The notes: generated by a model not told the origin, from the sequence alone. A DNA stretch of 64,000 nucleotides from Candidatus Saccharimonadia bacterium (GCA_038230095.1 JBBRNT010000004.1:20448-84447), one strand, 5' to 3'; counted from the first letter of the stretch, positions 47,952 through 58,529 are shown. Numbers and translations: made by a program.

Positions 47952-48668
47952 TTAGGCGGCTTGGTCGAGCAGGATCAGGAGATCCCGTAGGTCGTGGATG
48001 ACTGGTCCCGTGAAGCCCTCGATGAGATCGGGCCGCTGCGCGCCTGACGCTTCCGGGTGCTCGTAGTAGATAGCAGTGAGGCCAGCCTCGGTGGCACCCT
48101 GGAGCGAGCCATCCCCGCCGTCATCGATGAACCACAGCTGGCTCAGGTCGGTGAAGCCCAGCAACGCAGCAGCGCGTTGGTACGCTTCCGGATCGGGCTT
48201 CTTCACTCGCAGGTGATGGCTGTAGCCACTTTCGGGGAGATAGGTGTGAAGACCCAGGAGGGCATCACCACCTTCTTCGTTCGGGCTGGCATTGCTGCAT
48301 AGGCCCACAGCCAGACCGCGCTGCTTGAGCAGTCGGACGGTGTCAATTCCGCTGTCCAGCCGACATACCGTGTAGTACGCGTTGTACTCGGCCCTGATGA
48401 TCCGTGGCACTTCCTTGTCTGGCAGCTCCCACCCGTAGGCTGCAGCTATCCGTTGCAGGCGCTCCGTTGCGGTCAGCCGGCCCAGATCGTAGCCTTGGTT
48501 GGGGCCTTGCATGGCAGTAATCCATTTGCTCGAGTCAATGCCATAGGTCGCACCCAGCCAGTCCGCAAAGCGGACAAAAGGAGGGCGCAGATCTTTGGAA
48601 GGGCGGGACTGCACGAGCACGCCACCACGGTCGAACAAGATGCCTCGCGGCTTGGGAAGGGCAGTCAT
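47952..48668 (-). CDS. HAD-family hydrolase
   Basis: ILFDRGGVL, LCSN, KKPDPEAY, FIDDG..DGSLQGA; hairpin at about 47905-47937 downstream. Confidence 0.85.
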   Translation of the reverse strand: MTALPKPRGILFDRGGVLVQSRPSKDLRPPFVRFADWLGATYGIDSSKWITAMQGPNQGYDLGRLTATERLQRIAAAYGWELPDKEVPRIIRAEYNAYYTVCRLDSGIDTVRLLKQRGLAVGLCSNASPNEEGGDALLGLHTYLPESGYSHHLRVKKPDPEAYQRAAALLGFTDLSQLWFIDDGGDGSLQGATEAGLTAIYYEHPEASGAQRPDLIEGFTGPVIHDLRDLLILLDQAA

Positions 48669-48808
48669 GGTCTCTCATTTCGGTCGGGTACAATGAACCG
48701 ATACACTATAGAACAATAGCTAGAAAACATCAATCATTTATCAGATATAAAACCCTGCAGAATAGTCTATGTAGGGGTATACTAGCATTAGTAATACGGA
48801 GTTACTTC

Positions 48809-49027
48809 ATGCCAGAACAAGAACTCACTCAGGCCGAACAAGACGCCCTCCAGCGCGCTGAAGCGCCCGCGCTCAATCCTGGGTTGCAAGAGGAGCTACC
48901 CGCCGACCAAGCCGAAAAAGCTGTTCGAAAGTCCGAGTCGAGCTACAGCCAACGCCGCGGCCTTGTTGGCCGAGCCGTACAGACCATTGGCCGCGCTTTT
49001 CGCGGCAACAACAAAGGCTCAAACTAG
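48809..49027 (+). CDS. Small hypothetical protein
   Basis: SD GGAG, -10 TATACT upstream. Confidence 0.55.
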   Translation: MPEQELTQAEQDALQRAEAPALNPGLQEELPADQAEKAVRKSESSYSQRRGLVGRAVQTIGRAFRGNNKGSN

Positions 49028-49068
49028 CCCAGACACCAGATCTGACTACAATCAGCTATAATAGACTC

Positions 49069-49632
49069 ATGATTGCAAAGATTACCGGTATTGTTAGCGA
49101 AAAGGTCCACGACGCGCTCATCGTTGAGATTGCCGGCTTGGGCTATGAGCTATTTGTAGCGACTACCGATTGGGGTAGTGCCACGCAGGGCGTGGTGCAA
49201 GCCTTCTATATCCATGAGCATATCCGCGAGGATGCACACGTACTCTACGGCTTTTCTGAGCTGGCCGATAAGCTTCTTTTTGAGCAGCTCATTAGCATCT
49301 CAGGCATTGGCCCCAAGGTGGGCATGGCCGTACTGTCTTCGGCCAGTCGAAGCCGGCTCCAGCAGGCTATTGCCGCCGGGGATCCTGAGCTCTTGCGCGG
49401 TGTATCCGGTGTGGGCAAGAAGACTGCCGAACGCATTATTGTTGAGCTACGTGGCAAGATGGATGGTCTAGCGGGTGCCGCCAGCATGTCTACCGGCGAT
49501 GCTACCTACCAGGCCCTGCTTGGCCTCGGCTACGCGCCCGCTCAGGCCAGCGAGGCTGTTGCTGCCATCCCCGCCGAAGTTACTGGCGAACAGGCACGCA
49601 TTAAGGCCGCCCTTAAGGTGCTAGCCAGATGA
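49069..49632 (+). CDS. ruvA: Holliday junction branch migration protein RuvA
   Basis: [38 protein letters not shown]. Confidence 0.96.
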   Translation: MIAKITGIVSEKVHDALIVEIAGLGYELFVATTDWGSATQGVVQAFYIHEHIREDAHVLYGFSELADKLLFEQLISISGIGPKVGMAVLSSASRSRLQQAIAAGDPELLRGVSGVGKKTAERIIVELRGKMDGLAGAASMSTGDATYQALLGLGYAPAQASEAVAAIPAEVTGEQARIKAALKVLAR

Positions 49633-50663
49633 TTGAGCGCGTTACAGCTGCCACTGCAGAAGAGGAAAGCCCAGAAGAGCTGCAGATCGAGGAAACGCTT
49701 CGGCCCCGCACCTTTGGCGAGTATATTGGCCAAGAGGCCATTAAGGATAATCTCGGCCTGGCTATTTCTGCTGCTAAGGGACGCGGTGAGCCCATTGACC
49801 ATGTTTTACTCTACGGCCCACCCGGGCTCGGTAAAACCACTCTTGCTAGCGTCATAGCTTCTGAAATGAGTGCCGGTATTAAGGTCACTTCTGGGCCTGC
49901 CATCGAGCGAGCAGGGGACTTAGCATCCCTACTAACCAATCTGAACGAGCACGACATTCTCTTTATTGATGAGATCCACCGGCTACCCAAGACGGTTGAG
50001 GAAGTGCTGTATCCTGCTATGGAGGACTTTGGCTTGGACATTATGCTTGGCAAGGGCCCCTCAGCCAAGTCCATCCGCCTGGATCTACCCAAGTTCACTA
50101 TTATTGGCGCTACCACTCGTGTTGGCGCCCTGTCGGCACCGTTCCGTGACCGCTTTGGCCTGGTACACCGCCTAGACTACTACACACCAGAAGAAATGGT
50201 GAGGATCCTGAGTCGCTCTGCACGTATTCTGGGCGTCACGCTGGACACAGCTGCTGCCGTCGAGATTGGCACCCGCTCGCGCCTGACTCCACGTATTGCC
50301 AATCGGTTACTCAAGCGCGTACGCGACTATGCCGAGGTGAAGGCCGACGGCCTTGTTAACCAGAGCTTAGCTGCGGAGGCCTTGGCGCTTCTGGAGATTG
50401 ATGAGCTGGGCCTAGACGCTAGCGACCGGCGTCTGCTTATGGCTATCATTGACCACTATGCTGGCGGCCCCGTAGGGGTAGAGACGCTCGCAGCACTTAT
50501 CAGCGAAGAGCGCGCTACCATTGAGGACGTCTACGAGCCGTTTCTCATGCAGATCGGCCTGCTCGAGCGCACTCCTCGCGGTCGGCGTGTGACGCCCCGG
50601 GCGTATCGCCATGTGGGACGCGTCCCCGCCGTAGACTCTCTGTCCCAGGACCCGCTGCTGTAA
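49629..50663 (+). CDS. ruvB: Holliday junction helicase RuvB
   Basis: [38 protein letters not shown]. Confidence 0.97.
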   Translation: MIERVTAATAEEESPEELQIEETLRPRTFGEYIGQEAIKDNLGLAISAAKGRGEPIDHVLLYGPPGLGKTTLASVIASEMSAGIKVTSGPAIERAGDLASLLTNLNEHDILFIDEIHRLPKTVEEVLYPAMEDFGLDIMLGKGPSAKSIRLDLPKFTIIGATTRVGALSAPFRDRFGLVHRLDYYTPEEMVRILSRSARILGVTLDTAAAVEIGTRSRLTPRIANRLLKRVRDYAEVKADGLVNQSLAAEALALLEIDELGLDASDRRLLMAIIDHYAGGPVGVETLAALISEERATIEDVYEPFLMQIGLLERTPRGRRVTPRAYRHVGRVPAVDSLSQDPLL

Positions 50664-51295
50664 TGCCGCGGCAATTAGCGGGGGAGCTAGCCAATGGCCA
50701 CGGGGCAACACTACTCTGGCCAGTCCGTGCTATAACGCAGCAACCAGGAAGCGACCAGTCGGTACTCTTCCAGGCATCTGTGGCGCCGCACGCACTGCTG
50801 CCGTGGCCAGCTTGGAGCTATGAGGAGCCACTACGTCTAGACTTGCACGACCTGTCGCAGAGCCGCCGGCCCCGACGCAGCGCCGGGTGGCAGCGGATAG
50901 CTAGCCGACCTCAAGCCATTGTCTCGGAGTCGACCCCGGCGGAGTGGCGGCTACGCTGTGGGTGGCTGACCGCGCGCGGCTGGCAATGGGTAGTTTTGAG
51001 CTACCCTAGGCTGTCGGGCGACCACCTGGCTATTCGGCCAGAAGGACTGCGGATTAGGGGCACTACTCCAGGTTCCCGGCTTGCCCAGCTCGCCGTTCCG
51101 ACGGCCGTGCTAGACCTGCCCCGGGCCATTCCCGAAGTATTGGGCTTGTTGCCCTTGCCCGCAGGGAGCTCATTGCCTGGCCTTGTAGCTAGCACTCGCG
51201 CCGCGGAGGCTCAGCTGGTGGGCTTAGTGCGGCAAGCTGAGCAGGACTACCTGGCTAGTGGTCAGGCTCGCCAGGCAGCCGAGTCCGAGCTATAA
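50663..51295 (+). CDS. Hypothetical protein
   Basis: 210 aa ORF coupled to ruvB (TAATG overlap). Confidence 0.45.
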   Translation: MPRQLAGELANGHGATLLWPVRAITQQPGSDQSVLFQASVAPHALLPWPAWSYEEPLRLDLHDLSQSRRPRRSAGWQRIASRPQAIVSESTPAEWRLRCGWLTARGWQWVVLSYPRLSGDHLAIRPEGLRIRGTTPGSRLAQLAVPTAVLDLPRAIPEVLGLLPLPAGSSLPGLVASTRAAEAQLVGLVRQAEQDYLASGQARQAAESEL

Positions 51296-51302
51296 TGCAG
51301 CT

Positions 51303-52019
51303 ATGAATCCAGAAATCACCCCCAACCTAGTCCCAGAACCGGCCCCAGAACCGGCCCCTACACCAGCGGCCCAGCCTCCGGTAGCTGCTACGCCGACAGC
51401 TCCCGCCACAGTCGCCCCAGCCGCATTTAATCCGGGCCCTTTTGCCCCGCACTATACCGAGGAACTGGATCGTTGCTCGCCCGTCCCTATGAACCCAGAC
51501 GAGCACGTGCTCCAGGTGGTCTACCGTCACCCCATCAATCTATTGCCCGTGGCTGTTAGCACTGGCCTCATTCTAGTTCTTGTCGCCATGGCCAGCTATG
51601 GCACTGGGCGTTACGCCGATGCCATAGCAAAGTATCTGCCACTCGCTACCGTCATGATCGTCCTTTGGTCGGTTGGGCTACTGGTCTTGGTTATTTTGCT
51701 CATCGCTTACTTTATTTATCGCCAAAACCGGGTTGTACTTACTACTCAGAATCTCATGCAGGTTGAGCAGTATGGCTTGTTTAACCGAGTAGTTTCCAAG
51801 CTAAGCTTGGCCAATATTGAAGACGTTACCGGCGAACGCAAGGGTCTGTTCGCTACCATTCTCAACTACGGCAATCTTATTGTAGAGACAGCAGGGGAGC
51901 AGGAGAACTTTGTCTTTGAGCAGGCCCCCTATCCGGCGGTACTGGTACAGGCTATCAACAAAGCCCACGAGGACGTTCTACAGGACCGCCGCACCAACCG
52001 TGAGCAACGCCCCGAGTAG
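51303..52019 (+). CDS. Bacterial PH-domain membrane protein
   Basis: Pro-rich N-terminus, 2 TMs, VLTTQ..Q.GLF.R....L.NIEDVT...GLFATILNYG.L.VETAGE. Confidence 0.8.
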   Translation: MNPEITPNLVPEPAPEPAPTPAAQPPVAATPTAPATVAPAAFNPGPFAPHYTEELDRCSPVPMNPDEHVLQVVYRHPINLLPVAVSTGLILVLVAMASYGTGRYADAIAKYLPLATVMIVLWSVGLLVLVILLIAYFIYRQNRVVLTTQNLMQVEQYGLFNRVVSKLSLANIEDVTGERKGLFATILNYGNLIVETAGEQENFVFEQAPYPAVLVQAINKAHEDVLQDRRTNREQRPE

Positions 52020-52031
52020 CTCACTGGTTTA

Positions 52032-52328
52032 TCAGGGGGCAAATGGGTTTGTTTTGCCTACAGTACTGGTGTCTATGGTGGTAGGTACGTCTACAAGGGT
52101 ATTTACTGAGTTGATCACCTTCGTATCGAACTTAGTCTTAGCTACGGACTGAGCGCTCCGAGCGGCCTCAATTGCTTCATTGGACGGCAGAACATTCAGC
52201 GATTGGCTAGCACGCCAGCCGCAGAAGCCGATTGCCCCAATCATCACTAGTAGTGCCAAGAAGGGCCCTAGTCCGGCTAGGGTCTTCAGTAGCTTTTTCA
52301 GGGTGTCGGTGCTTATTTCTAGCTTCAT
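52032..52328 (-). CDS. Pilus operon accessory protein (PilP position)
   Basis: TM, C-terminal GKTNPF; last gene of the pilMNO operon. Confidence 0.6.
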   Translation of the reverse strand: MKLEISTDTLKKLLKTLAGLGPFLALLVMIGAIGFCGWRASQSLNVLPSNEAIEAARSAQSVAKTKFDTKVINSVNTLVDVPTTIDTSTVGKTNPFAP

Positions 52329-52891
52329 GGTTTTATATACACACTCATGTTTATGGTATAGGAAGTAGACGGCTTACCATCGGCTCCCACGGTACTGGTT
52401 ACGCTAATGGAGGTTACGTTGGAGTAGCGGTTCAGGCTCTCTAACTGCTTCAGGAAGTTCAGGAAGTTCAGGTAGGTGGCTTTAGCCGTAAAGCTGATCG
52501 GCAGCGCAATAGCATCGCCCGCTGGCACGGTCTGGCTCGTGGTATTGGGCAGTGTACTACCGGCGGAGCCAGTAAAGCTGGTAGAGTCTATGACTACACT
52601 ATTCTGGTCGGCCAGTTTCTGCACCTGCAAGACTATCTCCGATTGCTTCTTAGCGCGGGGTAGGGATAGCTCTAGCTTGGCAAACTTGGGCTGCAAGGCC
52701 AGGTACTGGCTCTTTAGGCTGGCCAGATCCTGTGCGTGGTCGCCTGCTACTGTTGCCTGCACTAGCGTGTCGCTGAGCTCTCGGGTGCGCGCTACGAGCA
52801 GGCCATTGGCAAAGTAGATGCCCACGGCCACGCCGCCAAGCAGGAGTACAAGAACTATAAGCATTACAAAGTAGAGCTGCTTCGGTTTCAT
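52325..52891 (-). CDS. pilO: Type IV pilus assembly protein PilO
   Basis: TM, coiled coil, SLP, ATY.NFLNFLKQLESLNR. Confidence 0.82.
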   Translation of the reverse strand: MKPKQLYFVMLIVLVLLLGGVAVGIYFANGLLVARTRELSDTLVQATVAGDHAQDLASLKSQYLALQPKFAKLELSLPRAKKQSEIVLQVQKLADQNSVVIDSTSFTGSAGSTLPNTTSQTVPAGDAIALPISFTAKATYLNFLNFLKQLESLNRYSNVTSISVTSTVGADGKPSTSYTINMSVYIKP

Positions 52892-53433
52892 CGTGCTTGC
52901 CCCGGCCTAAAGCCGATCGTGATACCAAAGTTGTAGTTGCCCTTTTCATCGCGGCCAATGTTCTCAATGTCGGCTCCACTTACCCGCGGTGATTTCTGCT
53001 CCAGCGCATCTCGAAACGACGCAATAGCCGATAGGCTGGTGGTAGTGCCGGCAATGCGTACTGGCTTTTTGTCGTCACCAGTCAGGGAAATACTGCTGAT
53101 AACTACATTCGTGGGCGTCACCTTGGCCAGGTCTTCCAGGAGGAGTGAGAAGTGTGATTGGTTGGCCTGAATAGCCTTAATAGCAGAAACGCGCGCATTT
53201 ACTGACTTAGCATCCTTCTCTAGGCTCTTATACTTGGACACCTCAGTCTGCTGGGTCGCCAGCAGAGCCCTGGCAGACGCTGTTTGATTGCGCACCGACA
53301 AATAGGCGTAGCCGAGCAGTCCGCCGCAGATAATAATAGTCATGGCCGTAAGCCAGACATAGCTGACCAGCGCTTGGTTGCGCTTGGAGTAGTTAACCTG
53401 CTCTTTGACGTCACCCGGCAGCAGATTAATCAT
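52888..53433 (-). CDS. pilN: Type IV pilus assembly protein PilN
   Basis: MINLLP N-terminus, TM, coiled coil. Confidence 0.88.
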   Translation of the reverse strand: MINLLPGDVKEQVNYSKRNQALVSYVWLTAMTIIICGGLLGYAYLSVRNQTASARALLATQQTEVSKYKSLEKDAKSVNARVSAIKAIQANQSHFSLLLEDLAKVTPTNVVISSISLTGDDKKPVRIAGTTTSLSAIASFRDALEQKSPRVSGADIENIGRDEKGNYNFGITIGFRPGQAR

Positions 53434-54499
53434 GCTGCACCTCGCGTAGGGCTAGACCAAGGGCCGTGGTGTACATGGGCATTTCTAGCGCCTTGGGTGC
53501 GCCTACGTGCTTTGCTTCCAGGTGCTCCCAGGTATTACCCACCTGGATTGGCAGCCCCAGCTGGCTACTCAGGTACTCACCCAGGCCTGGCATGCTGGCG
53601 CTACCGCCGGACAGAATAATCGTACTGATAGGGGGTTTCTTATCGTTGCGATCCGCGTAGAACTTAATTACTTTCTTCATTTCTGAGGTAATCTGCTGTA
53701 GCTGCGGTGTAAGGGCCTCGGTTATCTTCGCCTGCAGGCCACTCTTACCAATGCCGAACTTGTACTTCATCTCATTGGCTTGGTCCAGGGTAATGCCTAG
53801 GTTCTTGCTCATGGTCGCCGTCAGGTCGTCGCCGCCCACGGTAATGCTACCCGTCAACCGCACCACGCGGTCGTAGATAGCCAGGTCGGCGGAGCGCGAG
53901 CCGAAGTCTATGACCAGCGTTGCCTTGTCACTGGCCCCACCCAGCAGCATTGCGCGGGTGATAGACGTAAGACTAGCCTCAATTGAGTCAATCTCTAGGC
54001 CCAAAATATCGAATAGCTGTATGTAGGAGTTTACGATTGCCCGCGGCGCCGCCACCATGAGCACGCTCAGCTGCGCTTCCTTGCCCTCAGCCCCCGGTAC
54101 TTGTTCTATCACTTCAAAGTCTAGATACAGGTCGGTAGCGGGTATGGGTATGTATTGTTCGGCCTCCAACCGCACTGCTTGGTCCAGGTCTGCCTCACTC
54201 ATCATTGGCAGTTGGAGGGTACGAATAAATACCTTGGCCGTCGGGAGGGCTACTGCCACTTTCTTGCCAGTTATGCGGCCCGCGGTGGGGTGGGCCAGCA
54301 GTGGCTTTATGGCCTGCGCCATCACCTCGGGGTCGGCAATAATGCCTTCAATTATGGTGTCGGGCGGGAAGTTGGTGGAGCCATAGCCGAGTACTCGGAC
54401 GTTTTTGCCGCGCCGTTCAACCTGTGCCACCTTGACGGTACGACTGCCAATGTCGAAACCGAAAAGAGAGCCCTTATGATAGATTAACGGAACGCGCAC
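53426..54499 (-). CDS. pilM: Type IV pilus assembly protein PilM
   Basis: FGFDIGSRTVK, EAEQYIP, IDFG, LSGGSA, TALGLALR. Confidence 0.92.
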   Translation of the reverse strand: MRVPLIYHKGSLFGFDIGSRTVKVAQVERRGKNVRVLGYGSTNFPPDTIIEGIIADPEVMAQAIKPLLAHPTAGRITGKKVAVALPTAKVFIRTLQLPMMSEADLDQAVRLEAEQYIPIPATDLYLDFEVIEQVPGAEGKEAQLSVLMVAAPRAIVNSYIQLFDILGLEIDSIEASLTSITRAMLLGGASDKATLVIDFGSRSADLAIYDRVVRLTGSITVGGDDLTATMSKNLGITLDQANEMKYKFGIGKSGLQAKITEALTPQLQQITSEMKKVIKFYADRNDKKPPISTIILSGGSASMPGLGEYLSSQLGLPIQVGNTWEHLEAKHVGAPKALEMPMYTTALGLALREVQHD

Positions 54500-54561
54500 G
54501 TGCTCACCTAGTTACTCATTCATTATACCAAAGCATAAGCTGAATACTATGACCTAGGGCA

Positions 54562-54591
54562 ACAAAAAAACGGCCCGAAGGCCGCTTTCTT
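54562..54591 (-). terminator. Terminator after the pilin gene
   Basis: aaaaaaacggcc-cgaa-ggccgctttctt. Confidence 0.7.
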
Positions 54592-54603
54592 GGTGTGACC
54601 GGT

Positions 54604-55098
54604 CTAGTTCACGCTGGTGACAGCGTAGCCCTGAGGGTAGGTCGCAGGTGTACTGTAGGTACCATTGTACCCAGCAGCACCGTTCTTGTCGTTAATCTGC
54701 GAGTCAGTTGTGCTCTCGAGATTAGTTTCAATGACATACTTGGTTGGTGTCACTGTGCTGTTTACGCCGTAGACGTAGCCAGTTGCAACACCAGACTTTG
54801 GATCTGCAGGAACGGATGGCAGATAGTCTGGTACCAGGACAGTCGACAGGTTCGCGAAGTAGGTCGTAGACCCGTTCGTACCGCTGGCTGGCGCTGGATA
54901 GACATTCTTGTCATTGTAGTAGGTCTCAAGCGCATTCTTGACTGCGCGCATATCCGACTTACGTTGGGCGTCACGAGCACGCTTTGGACCGCTTGCCAGA
55001 CCTGGAACAATGATCAAGGCCAAGATGCCAATGATGACGATTACGATCAGAAGTTCGAGTAGGGTAAACCCGCTCTGCTTCTTTAGGAATTTTTTCAT
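54604..55098 (-). CDS. Type IV pilin
   Basis: KKQSG/FTLLELLIVIVIIGILA class III signal, ARDAQRKSD; strong SD AAGGAGGTG. Confidence 0.93.
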   Translation of the reverse strand: MKKFLKKQSGFTLLELLIVIVIIGILALIIVPGLASGPKRARDAQRKSDMRAVKNALETYYNDKNVYPAPASGTNGSTTYFANLSTVLVPDYLPSVPADPKSGVATGYVYGVNSTVTPTKYVIETNLESTTDSQINDKNGAAGYNGTYSTPATYPQGYAVTSVN

Positions 55099-55203
55099 GT
55101 GTGTTCTCACCTCCTTGTTATGGATTAGGTAAAGCTGTGCTTTAACTAGAGTAATCATAAAGTGCTTATGGCTGTGCCGTCAATGGGCAGACGCCAGGTG
55201 GTG

Positions 55204-56421
55204 CTAGATGGTATTGGACAGGGCGGAAATAGGCCCAAATACCGAGATGACGATAAAGCCTACCATGCCCCCTAGCGCGATGATAAGGATAGGCTCAATG
55301 ATCGAGGTAATGCTAGCAATAACCGTATCCACCTCGCGCTCATAGAAGCCAGCCAGCTTCACCAGGATGGTATCCATCTGGCCAGTTTCCTCACCGACGG
55401 CCACCATCTGGGACACAATCGGTGGAAAGGCTTTCAGCGCCTTGAGCGGTTCTGACACAGACTTACCATTCTTGACCTCGCTCGCTACCCTGATAAGGCC
55501 ATCCGAATAGACGGTGTTCGTCAGTGCCGACGACGTTACGTTGAGCGCATCCAGCACCGAGATGCCAGAGCTCATAAGCGACCCAAAGGTACGTGCAAAC
55601 CTGGCAACGTTCACCTTCTCTAGGATGGCGCCGATCACAGGCATATGGAGCAGAAACCGGTCCCAAACCCGCCTACCCTTATAGGTGTGAATAAATCGGT
55701 TCAATACGGCTGCCAGCGCGACCAGAACAGCCCCAATGTACAGCCCATAGTGCGTTAGGCCATGGCTGATAGCTAGCATGACTAGGGTGTAGACCGGTAG
55801 CTTAGCGCCCTGCCCAGCAAATATGCCTGCCAGGCCTGGGACAATCGCTGTCATTAAGAATACAAATGCGCCAATGGTTACCGAGAAGATAACGGCGGGA
55901 TAGGTCATGGCGCCCTTTACCTTACTTACAATCTCGGCATCTTTCTCCTGTTGGGTGGCCAGTCTGTCCAGTACCTCGTCGAGAATACCGCCCGTCTCAC
56001 CAGCCTTTACCATATTAATGTAGACACTAGAAAACACCGTCGGGTGCTCCGCTAGAGCGCTAGATAGTGTGGAGCCGCCCTCTACTTTCTTACTGCACTC
56101 GGCAATCACTTTCTGGAAAAAGCTCGAGGTAGCCTGCTCGCGCAGGATGGCCAGTGATTGCACAATCGGTACACCAGCGTTAATCATGGTCGAGAATTGG
56201 CGAGAGAAGATCACCTTGTCATTCAACGAAACTTTCTTCTTCAGGAAGGGAATTGATAGCTCTTTTTTAACACCAGTCCCACCGACAGTTTCTTTGACCA
56301 GGAGCGGGGTTATGCCCTTCTCCATCAGGCTAGCAGTGGCTGCCTGCCGGTCGGAGGCGGACATAGTACCTTTCTCGATTGCGCCGGATTTGTCACGCGC
56401 GGTGTAGCTAAACTGTGGCAT
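55204..56421 (-). CDS. pilC: Type IV pilus platform protein PilC (GspF family)
   Basis: FSRQFSTMINAGVPI, MVKAGETGG.LD, VGEETG, IEPILI. Confidence 0.93.
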   Translation of the reverse strand: MPQFSYTARDKSGAIEKGTMSASDRQAATASLMEKGITPLLVKETVGGTGVKKELSIPFLKKKVSLNDKVIFSRQFSTMINAGVPIVQSLAILREQATSSFFQKVIAECSKKVEGGSTLSSALAEHPTVFSSVYINMVKAGETGGILDEVLDRLATQQEKDAEIVSKVKGAMTYPAVIFSVTIGAFVFLMTAIVPGLAGIFAGQGAKLPVYTLVMLAISHGLTHYGLYIGAVLVALAAVLNRFIHTYKGRRVWDRFLLHMPVIGAILEKVNVARFARTFGSLMSSGISVLDALNVTSSALTNTVYSDGLIRVASEVKNGKSVSEPLKALKAFPPIVSQMVAVGEETGQMDTILVKLAGFYEREVDTVIASITSIIEPILIIALGGMVGFIVISVFGPISALSNTI

Positions 56422-56429
56422 AGGTATCC

Positions 56430-58448
56430 TTACTCACGGGTTACCCGCATGATTTCTTCAATTGTTGTCATACCCATGAGGGCCTTCACAAACCCATCCT
56501 GCTGCATGGTGAGCATGCCATCTTTAATTGCCGCCACCTGTAGGTCTTCACTCGTAGAGTGGTTTACGATCATCTTAGATATTTCCGTATTTACCTCTAG
56601 TACCTCGTAGATGCCCATGCGTCCCTGGTAGCCTGTGGTGCCGCAGTTGTCGCAGCCTGGACCTGGCCGGTGTAAGAGGAACTGGCCTGGCTTCAGGTTC
56701 TTGGGATCAGCCGGCGTTGCAGCCGGCGTAGCACCTGCGGGGGCGGTTATTATTTCCGCAGCGACCTTCGCCTTACTAGCTTCAGCTGCCGTGCGGTTAA
56801 TAATGTTGGGATCAGACGCAATCTTATCCAAAATAGACTTCGGGCTGGACAGGTCGTCACTGATCGGCAGAACCACTTTTTCCTTCTTGGCTGCTGGTTT
56901 CTTATCCTTGTCATCGCTTGGCGCGGTATCGGCCACCGCCGCCGGCACTGCTGCCACTACTGGGGCCACCGGCGCTACACCCGAACCATTATCTTTCATT
57001 TCATGGAAGTGCTTCAGTGCTACGTCCAGCTGGAAGTCCTTGCGTATTCCGTCCAGCTCTTTGCCCTCAGGCACGTACGGTACGCGGCAGATTGGGCACA
57101 GCCGCCGAACCAGCCGCTGGCCAATAACGGTATTGACCGTAGAGGCTATCAGGAAGGGCTCAATCCCCATGTCCAGCAGACGGGGCAGAGTAGTGGCGGC
57201 ATTACTGGTATGGAGTGTCGAAAGCACCACGTGCCCAGTCAGGGCTGCCTGGACTGCCAGATCGGCGGTCTCACCGTCGCGGACTTCCCCCACCATGATC
57301 ACATTTGGGTCCTGGCGCAGAAGCGCCCGGAGCCCGGAGGCAAATGTCATACCAGCTTTCGGATTTACCTGGGTCTGGTTTACGCCAGTAATACGGTACT
57401 CTACCGGGTCTTCAATGGTGGAAATATTCACCCCCGGCGTATTCATAGTCGAGAGCACGGAGTACAGTGTCGTGGACTTACCCGAGCCAGTCGGCCCGGT
57501 CACCAGTGTCATGCCATGGGGCTTGTGCAGATTATTATTAATTACCTCCAGGCTGCGGCCTTCAAAGCCCAGCTCTTCCAGCGTGAGGGCGCGGCTTGAT
57601 TCGTCGAGGAGCCGCATAACCACCTTTTCCCCGTCCATCACCGGGAGCGTCGACACGCGTAGGGCTACCGTCTTGGAGCCCATGGCGAACTTGAACCGGC
57701 CGTCCTGAGGCACGCGGTGCTCGTCAATCTTCAGGTTGGAAAGGATCTTGATGCGGCTTACCACAGCCGCCAGGATTGGCTTGGGCAGTGTCATTGTCTC
57801 GCGTAAGACGCCGTCTATGCGGTAGCGGACCTGCACAATGGTCTCTCGCGGCTCAATATGTATATCTGATGCCCGCGACTTTATGGCAAATTCCAGAATA
57901 ATATTAACCGTCTTGGCAATGGGCGCGTCTTCCGTCAGGTCCTTGGCACTAACTTCCTGTTTCTGCTCTTCCTCGGCGCTCGAGTCGCGGATAGCCTTGG
58001 TAATCTCATTATCTATATTGCCTTTGTACTGGTCGATCACCGCCAGAATATCGGCCGGAGCTGCCGCATAGATTACTAGCTCACCGCCGACCTGCTTCTC
58101 AATAAAGTCGGCTGCCTGCAAGTCTTCCGGGTCAGCCATGGCCAGGAGTAGCTTATTGTTCTCGGCGCCAAACAGTACCGCCTGGTACTTCCGGGCAATG
58201 CGCTCCGGGATCTGCACAAGAATTTCGTGGGGGATCTTCATCTCACCCAGCTCCACGTAGGGTATGCCCGCGTCTTTGGCGTAGAGCTTAATCAGGTCCT
58301 TCTCGGAAATTACTTTGCGCTTAATAATAATGGACTGTAGTGACTCACCCGTCTGTTCGTGCTGTTTTTCGGCTTCGTCAAAAGCCCCTGGCTTTAGCTT
58401 GTCCCAGCCGGATAATAGTTTCTTCAGCTCACTGTCGTTTAGGCGCAT
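56430..58448 (-). CDS. pilB: Type IV pilus assembly ATPase PilB (GspE/PulE)
   Basis: ASDIHIEP, PQDGRF, GPTGSGKSTT, LRQDPNVIMVGEVRD, CPIC...CDNC; start inferred at MRLND. Confidence 0.93.
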   Translation of the reverse strand: MRLNDSELKKLLSGWDKLKPGAFDEAEKQHEQTGESLQSIIIKRKVISEKDLIKLYAKDAGIPYVELGEMKIPHEILVQIPERIARKYQAVLFGAENNKLLLAMADPEDLQAADFIEKQVGGELVIYAAAPADILAVIDQYKGNIDNEITKAIRDSSAEEEQKQEVSAKDLTEDAPIAKTVNIILEFAIKSRASDIHIEPRETIVQVRYRIDGVLRETMTLPKPILAAVVSRIKILSNLKIDEHRVPQDGRFKFAMGSKTVALRVSTLPVMDGEKVVMRLLDESSRALTLEELGFEGRSLEVINNNLHKPHGMTLVTGPTGSGKSTTLYSVLSTMNTPGVNISTIEDPVEYRITGVNQTQVNPKAGMTFASGLRALLRQDPNVIMVGEVRDGETADLAVQAALTGHVVLSTLHTSNAATTLPRLLDMGIEPFLIASTVNTVIGQRLVRRLCPICRVPYVPEGKELDGIRKDFQLDVALKHFHEMKDNGSGVAPVAPVVAAVPAAVADTAPSDDKDKKPAAKKEKVVLPISDDLSSPKSILDKIASDPNIINRTAAEASKAKVAAEIITAPAGATPAATPADPKNLKPGQFLLHRPGPGCDNCGTTGYQGRMGIYEVLEVNTEISKMIVNHSTSEDLQVAAIKDGMLTMQQDGFVKALMGMTTIEEIMRVTRE

Positions 58449-58529
58449 ATTATTGGAAATTATACCATAAGCAGGATCGCTCAAGTGGGTGAGGTGGCGT
58501 AGCGCTACCAAAGCCGTTACTATGGAGTC

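Noticed and set aside
51331-51362. ccagaaccggcc tandem repeat
   Set aside because: Encodes a PEPAPEPAP linker; coding low-complexity sequence
56635-57708. 357-aa plus-strand ORF and similar long antisense ORFs within ftsH, dnaK, dnaJ and rny
   Set aside because: Shadow frames of conserved GC-rich genes with no protein motifs
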